Positions 59,315 through 64,000 of a DNA stretch of 64,000 nucleotides are shown in pieces (position 1 is the first letter of the stretch; every line of letters starts with the position of its first letter). This stretch comes from a bacterium. GTDB lineage: Bacteria; UBA8248. The translations under genes were made by a program, and so were the position numbers. The notes beneath the pieces are model-generated. The model made no database searches and was not told where the DNA came from. It saw nothing but the letters and a program-made list of their open reading frames with translations. The stretch spans positions 1,309 to 65,308 of the forward strand of contig JAJEJD010000012.1 of the NCBI GenBank assembly GCA_022828125.1, written 5' to 3'.

Positions 59315-60094
59315 ATGGACACGTCCAGGGAGCAGCGAGAGGCCGTACAGAAGATTTACAACCAGGATTCGGACTACTACGTCACCAGCGCGCCGCACGC
59401 GCGGAGTAGCTCCCTCGCGCGCGCCGCCGAGGTGCTGAACCCGGGCGGCGGCGTCCATCTCGACATCGCCACCGGCGCGGGGCACACGGCCTACCAGATG
59501 GCCGGTAAATGCCGCCACGTGGTCGCGAGCGATTTGACCGCCGGCATGCTCGACTCCGCGCGCAGGCTGGGCGCCGAGAAGGGGATCGGGAACGTCTCTT
59601 ATCTCAGAACCGACGCCGAGAACATCGCCGTTCAGACGGGCGCGCTCGATTCCGCCTCCGTGCGCATCGCGCCCCATCATTTCCCGGACGTCCAGGCCTC
59701 GATGCGCGAGATGTTCCGCGTCCTGAAGCCCGGCGGCAGGCTCATCTACATCGACAACATCGCGCCCGAAGAACCCAAGGAACTCGACAGCTACAACGAT
59801 TTCGAACGCCTGCGCGACCCGAGCCACAACCGCTGCGACAGCCTGCCCGACCTCGTCGAGATGCTGGAAGCGGCGGGTTTCCGCGTCCTCTATTCGGAGA
59901 CGCTCCGGAAGAAGATGGTGTTCGAGGACTGGGTGCGGCGCCCCCACTTGACGGACGATGACAAGGCGGCGCTCCGCGCGTATCTCGAAGACGCCTCGCC
60001 CGCCATCGCCTATTGGCTCGACCCGCGCGAGGAAGACGGCGAATTCGCCTTCGACGAGCAGGAAGCCGTCATCCTCGCCGAACGCCCCGCATGA
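59315..60094 (+). CDS. Class I SAM-dependent methyltransferase (Methyltransf_11). Possible BioC-like, given coupling to bioA.
   Basis: LDIATGAGHTA motif I. VLKPGGRL. ATGA stop/start overlap with bioA at 60091. Confidence 0.7.
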   Translation: MDTSREQREAVQKIYNQDSDYYVTSAPHARSSSLARAAEVLNPGGGVHLDIATGAGHTAYQMAGKCRHVVASDLTAGMLDSARRLGAEKGIGNVSYLRTDAENIAVQTGALDSASVRIAPHHFPDVQASMREMFRVLKPGGRLIYIDNIAPEEPKELDSYNDFERLRDPSHNRCDSLPDLVEMLEAAGFRVLYSETLRKKMVFEDWVRRPHLTDDDKAALRAYLEDASPAIAYWLDPREEDGEFAFDEQEAVILAERPA

Positions 60095-61464
60095 GCAACG
60101 ACGAAGCGGGGCGGCTCCGACGCCTCGCGGACGCGGACAGGAAACACCTCTGGCACCCCTTCACCCCCATGGACGAATGGGAGAATGAGGACCCGCCGCT
60201 CATCGTCGAGCGCGGCGAGGGGGCGTATCTCATCGACGTGGAGGGAAACCGCTATCTGGACGGCGTATCCTCCCTGTGGGTGAACATCCACGGACACCGC
60301 AAGAAAGAGATAGACGAGGCCGTTCGCGCGCAGCTTGAGCGGGTCGCCCACACCACCCAGCTTGGCATGGCGAACCCCGCCGCCATCGAGCTTGCCGAAA
60401 AGCTGAACGATATCGCACCGGCGGGCCTCGCCAGAGTATTCTATTCGGACTCGGGCGCAACGGCGGTGGAAATCGCCTTGAAGATGGCCTTTCAGTACCA
60501 GAAGCAAAGAGAGAATCCAAAACCTGAAAAAGACAGGTTTCTCACACTCAATCTGGCCTACCACGGCGATACGGTCGGCGCGGTGTCTCTGGGCGGAATC
60601 GACCTGTTCCACCACATCTTCGGGCCGCTTCTCTTCCAGACCATGAGGGCCGAGACGCCCTATTGCTTCTGGTGCCCGAGGGGGGCCGAACGTCCGCCGT
60701 GTTCGGTGTGTTCGGGCGATGAGATCGCGCATCAGATCGCGGAAAACGCGCCGCACCTCGCCGCCGTGGTCGTGGAACCCATGGTGCAGGGCGCTGCGGG
60801 GATCATCGTCCAGCCGACAGGCTTTTTGCGTAAAATCCGCGAGGCGTGCACGGAGCACGACGTGCTCCTGATAGCGGACGAGGTGGCCACGGGCTTCGGT
60901 CGCACGGGCCCCATGTTCGCCTGCGAGCACGAGGGCGTGGCCCCCGACATCCTGTGCCTCGCCAAGGGCATCACGGGCGGCTACCTGCCGCTGGCGGCGA
61001 CGCTCGCGACCGAGGAGATATTCGACGCATTCCGCGGTCCGCCCGAGACGGGCCGCACGTTCTTTCACGGCCACTCCTACACGGGGAACCCTCTCGCCTG
61101 CGCCGCGGCGCTTGCGAACCTCGATATTTTCGAGCGGGAAAACACGATTCAAAACAACCAGGCGAAGATAGCCCACCTGTGGAGCGAACTCGAAAATCTG
61201 AAAGACTCATCTCACGTGGGCGAGGTGCGCGGCCTCGGCTGGATGGTGGGCGTCGAGCTTTTGAAGGAGAAGGCGACGAAGGAACCCTACACGCCCGCCG
61301 AGCGCAAAGGGCGCGCGGTCATCCTGGCGGCGAGAAGGCGCGGCCTCGCCGTGCGGCCCCTGGGCGACGTGGTCGTCCTGATGCCGCCTTACTGCTTAAC
61401 GAACGAGGAGATCAGGTGGATGGTGGGCGCTCTGGAGGAGTCGATAGAGGAGGCTTGCGCCTGA
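60091..61464 (+). CDS. bioA: Adenosylmethionine-8-amino-7-oxononanoate aminotransferase
   Basis: Class III PLP aminotransferase with BioA-typical N-terminus (DRKHLWHPFT), SGATAVE, and DEVATGFGRTG with the PLP Lys (LAKGITGGY). Start at the internal ATG 60091 (MSNDEAG). Confidence 0.88.
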   Translation: MSNDEAGRLRRLADADRKHLWHPFTPMDEWENEDPPLIVERGEGAYLIDVEGNRYLDGVSSLWVNIHGHRKKEIDEAVRAQLERVAHTTQLGMANPAAIELAEKLNDIAPAGLARVFYSDSGATAVEIALKMAFQYQKQRENPKPEKDRFLTLNLAYHGDTVGAVSLGGIDLFHHIFGPLLFQTMRAETPYCFWCPRGAERPPCSVCSGDEIAHQIAENAPHLAAVVVEPMVQGAAGIIVQPTGFLRKIREACTEHDVLLIADEVATGFGRTGPMFACEHEGVAPDILCLAKGITGGYLPLAATLATEEIFDAFRGPPETGRTFFHGHSYTGNPLACAAALANLDIFERENTIQNNQAKIAHLWSELENLKDSSHVGEVRGLGWMVGVELLKEKATKEPYTPAERKGRAVILAARRRGLAVRPLGDVVVLMPPYCLTNEEIRWMVGALEESIEEACA

Positions 61465-61512
61465 CGCGAGTTATCTGTCTGTTGAAAAACCTTCGTGATG
61501 GTTCTGTAGCAG

Positions 61513-61541
61513 GACAGGCACAGAGGCCTGTCTCTACTATT
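61513..61541 (+). terminator. Putative bioA terminator hairpin
   Basis: GACAGGC-acagag-GCCTGTC followed by TCTACTATT. 50 bp after the bioA stop. Confidence 0.4.
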
Positions 61542-61560
61542 GCCGACCTACTAGAGAGGA

Positions 61561-61900
61561 AATCAACTCCCCCCTTGAGGGGGAGTCGAAGAGCTAAGGG
61601 CGAAGCCCGCAAGCGATTCGGTGGGGGGACATGCCACAGGGTAAAGCTCCCCCCACCGCATCAGCCTTCGCACAAACCGCTCGGCTTCTGCGACTCCCCC
61701 TCAAGGGGGGAGTTGATCCTCCTTTTTCGTTGGTTGCGAATAACCCTCAAGGGGGGAGTGAATCTCTTCTCTACTCCGTCGCCAACTTTCCTCAAGGGAG
61801 GAGTGTATCTTGTTCGTTCATTGGTTTTTTTTACCCCCCTGACAAGGGGGGGTAGGGGGGGTTGCATTTATCCCCTGAGGAGGGGTTGTTGAAAAAGTCC
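61561..61900. repeat. Cluster of GC-rich palindromic REP-like hairpin units (left array)
   Basis: At least six units of the form ACTCCCCCC-TTGA-GGGGGAGT or CCCCCCTGACAAGGGGGG, in both orientations. 61604-61870 is an imperfect inverted copy of 63795-64000. Confidence 0.7.
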
Positions 61901-62015
61901 TGATTCAGCGGTTTGGTTCGACGGATATGAAGGCACGATGGGCCGCATATATGCGGCCCCTACACTCCCTTCAGTAAGGCGGAATGACGGCAATCCCGGC
62001 ATTGCTGGGCTTTTC

Positions 62016-62810
62016 TCAACGCCCCGCACCCGGCGCGCCCACGGCGCCCACGTCCGGCTTTTTCTGCGGCACGCCCACGGGATCGACCGGAGCGCTTCCC
62101 ACCGGCAGGAGGGTCTCCTTCGGCACGCCCACGGCGCTCGCGGGAGGCTGACCGGCGGCCGTCGCGGGCGCGCCGCTCACCGCCGCCTCAGTCGACGCTG
62201 CCGGGGGCGAGCCACCCGCCCCGGGCGCAGAAAACCTGTCCGCGATCAACTCCTCGCGCACCCGGAGCGGACCCGTGATGGCGAGCGAACCCGCGATGCT
62301 CAGCGCCTCCTGCCCCCCGATGAGCAGCACGACGCGATCGAAGAGGTCCGGGAAACTCTTGACCACGGTGCTCGCGACGCCGTAGGCGGTCATCAGCTCC
62401 GCCCACACGCCGCCGGGGTGCGCGTCCCTCAACGTCTCGTCGAAATCGACGTAGGCGATCCCGTCCGGCCCCGGAAAGACCGCGCGCAGCTTCGCACCCT
62501 TCGGGACAACCGGCGCGTATCCCTCCCCTTTGGGTCCCTCGATGAGAGCGGACAGCAGGTTGCGCAGGGTATCGACGTTGTCCTTTCCTATCTCCACCTC
62601 CACGGTATATGGAACCAGCAGATCTTCTTCCGCGCCGGTGAAATACAGCGTCTTCTTCACGCCAGGCGCGCGCGCTGCGTCTCGCCGCTCGGGGTCGAAC
62701 GCGGCGTCGCGGCCCCGCTCCAGGAAGTCCAGGACGGCTTCCTGAAAATTCCAGACGAGCGCTCCGCTCACGGCGACGATCAAGACGGCGAGCGCGAGTT
62801 TCTTCACCAT
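62016..62810 (-). CDS. GerMN-domain (sporulation/germination GerM-like) membrane-anchored protein
   Basis: 264 aa. N-terminal TM LALAVLIVAVSGALVW. GerMN-like core (TLYFTG...LVPYTVEVE...). Ala/Pro-rich C-terminus. 1-bp gap after the amidase gene. Confidence 0.55.
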   Translation of the reverse strand: MVKKLALAVLIVAVSGALVWNFQEAVLDFLERGRDAAFDPERRDAARAPGVKKTLYFTGAEEDLLVPYTVEVEIGKDNVDTLRNLLSALIEGPKGEGYAPVVPKGAKLRAVFPGPDGIAYVDFDETLRDAHPGGVWAELMTAYGVASTVVKSFPDLFDRVVLLIGGQEALSIAGSLAITGPLRVREELIADRFSAPGAGGSPPAASTEAAVSGAPATAAGQPPASAVGVPKETLLPVGSAPVDPVGVPQKKPDVGAVGAPGAGR

Positions 62811-62811
62811 C

Positions 62812-63714
62812 CTAGCGGCCCTCCCCCGCCGGGGCGGCGTTTTGCTCGACGGGCGCGTCCGGCTCTGACTGCGGCGACTCGCCCGCCGCGGCCCCGGTTT
62901 CAGGAGTTGCAGGCTGCTCTGACGATACCGGAGCCTGTGTTGACTCTACGGGTGCGGTTTCGGCCGGCGCGGGCGGTTTGGGCGGCAGGTCTTCCGTGAG
63001 ACCCGCGAACTTGAGCACCGCCCTGGCGAGCGCCGTGAGATAGGTGTCCTCTTCCGTTATCTCGCTCAGGCGCGCCTCGTCCTCAGGCGTGCTGATGACG
63101 CCCAGGCTCACGTAGGCCGCGGGCATGCGCGCGCCTTCCAGGTCGCGCACCGCCAGAATGCGCACCGGCGGTTTTTCGCCCGCTCGGATGGCGGCGAAGC
63201 GCCTCTGGAGGCTCAGGGCGAAGCGGCGGTTCGAGGCCAGATGGATGTTCTGGCTCCGCTGCCAGCGGAACGCCACGGCCCGGGCCGCCTCGCCCGCCAC
63301 GCGCGGCGGACGCCTGGGCGCCGCCACCATGATGGCCGGCCCGCGCGCGCCCGGCCGCCAGGAGGCGTCCGCATGAAGGGTGAGGAACAAGGAGGCGGCG
63401 TTGTAGTTCGCCACCGAGACGCGCTGCACGGCCGTCATCTCCGTGTCGGCCTCGCGCGTGAGGATGGCCTTCACCTCGGGGCGTCTTGCGAGGAGCGCGG
63501 CCAGCATCCCCGCCGCGCGGAGCGTGAAATCCTTCTCCAGGAGCAGCGCGCCGCGGCTCCCCGCATCCCGCCCCCCGTGGCCGGGGTCGATCACCACGAC
63601 GAAAGGAGCCGATGCCGAGGGGCCGCCCGGCTTCGCGGGTCCGGCGAGGACGTCGGCGCACGGGATGAGGCTCCCGAGCCACAGCGCTGGAATGATGAGG
63701 CGGAAATGTCGCAA
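62812..63714 (-). CDS. N-acetylmuramoyl-L-alanine amidase (Amidase_3 family, AmiC/CwlD-like) with signal peptide and Pro-rich C-terminal tail
   Basis: VVIDPGHGGRDAGS zinc-binding motif. SLFLTLHADA. Signal peptide MRHFRLIIPALWLGSLIPCADVLA. Confidence 0.8.
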   Translation of the reverse strand: MRHFRLIIPALWLGSLIPCADVLAGPAKPGGPSASAPFVVVIDPGHGGRDAGSRGALLLEKDFTLRAAGMLAALLARRPEVKAILTREADTEMTAVQRVSVANYNAASLFLTLHADASWRPGARGPAIMVAAPRRPPRVAGEAARAVAFRWQRSQNIHLASNRRFALSLQRRFAAIRAGEKPPVRILAVRDLEGARMPAAYVSLGVISTPEDEARLSEITEEDTYLTALARAVLKFAGLTEDLPPKPPAPAETAPVESTQAPVSSEQPATPETGAAAGESPQSEPDAPVEQNAAPAGEGR

Positions 63715-63789
63715 GGGGTCTCCTCCCGTTCAATCGGCACAAACTACCATTTCATGGAAGGGGAAACCAGACGGGGGTGGCGCAGGCTC

Positions 63790-64000
63790 TCGCCTTGAAA
63801 ACCAACCCCCCCTACCCCCCCTTGTCAGGGGGGTATGAAAAAGCAACCCCGCAAAAAAGAATCAACTCCCCCCTTGAGGGTTATCCCTTCACGCACGGGA
63901 TATACAATCAACTCCCCCCTTGAGGGGGAGTCACAGAGGCCGAGCGATCTGTGCGAAGGCCGATGTGGTGGGGGGAGTTTTTCTGTGGCATGTCCCCCCA
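63790..64000. repeat. Cluster of GC-rich palindromic REP-like hairpin units (right array, truncated by the window end). Inverted and mirror-ordered relative to the left array.
   Basis: Units CCCCCCTTGTCAGGGGGG, ATCAACTCCCCCCTTGAGGG and ATCAACTCCCCCTTGAGGGGGAGT. The last ~95 bp are an ~88% reverse-complement match of 61604-61716. Confidence 0.7.

Noticed and set aside
61540-61900. Possible CRISPR array suggested by recurring GC-rich repeats
   Set aside because: Units differ in sequence, occur in both orientations, and are irregularly spaced. Each unit is a hairpin palindrome (REP-like) rather than a direct repeat with unique spacers. No cas genes or leader are nearby.
61900-61960. tRNA gene suspected near the repeat cluster and the low-GC island
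   Set aside because: No T-loop (GGTTCGAATCC-type) or cloverleaf-compatible segment found by eye anywhere in the window. The palindrome GGGCCGCATATATGCGGCCC at 61939-61958 is a simple hairpin, more likely a terminator for the GerMN gene.

Overview
High-GC (~65%) bacterial chromosomal window, densely coded on both strands, with about 60 protein-coding genes. Most are housekeeping genes in a Firmicute-like order: tmk-holB-PSP1/RicT-metG-tatD on the minus strand and hrcA ... dnaJ-prmA-rsmE plus purD on the plus strand. Further gene groups: a glgA-glgC pair; thiS-thiG-thiE behind a TPP riboswitch; acs; dtd-nadK-recN; a bioC-like methyltransferase coupled to bioA; a sigma54 two-component pair. All functional calls are from motif and domain recognition by eye; no search was run. 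Four regions are not ordinary housekeeping. (1) A tightly packed ~9.7 kb minus-strand operon of type II FAS/PKS-like genes (34945-44638). It has three Cys-containing ketosynthases, one Cys-less CLF-like ketosynthase, two hotdog dehydratases, FabG, an SDR/enoyl-reductase-like gene, an ACP with an unusual C-terminal extension, its own AcpS, and a terminal LpxL-family acyltransferase. It resembles aryl-polyene/xanthomonadin-like loci but lacks their starter-unit and export genes. (2) A ~1.9 kb cassette (N-acetylmuramoyl-L-alanine amidase plus a GerMN-domain protein) flanked by ~300 bp imperfect inverted arrays of GC-rich palindromic REP-like hairpins. The two arrays are mirror-ordered, which points to a MITE/composite-element or invertible segment. 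(3) A ~1.3 kb low-GC (~42%) island carrying a PD-(D/E)xK (Mrr/HsdR-N-like) nuclease-domain protein, next to a small membrane protein built from 21-bp tandem repeats. (4) A TatD-radical SAM fusion at the window start, and an operon of a Ddl-like ATP-grasp fused to a degenerate M20 domain, a cytoplasmic-looking gamma-glutamyltransferase and an FGase-family hydrolase, sitting where grpE-dnaK would normally lie between hrcA and dnaJ.
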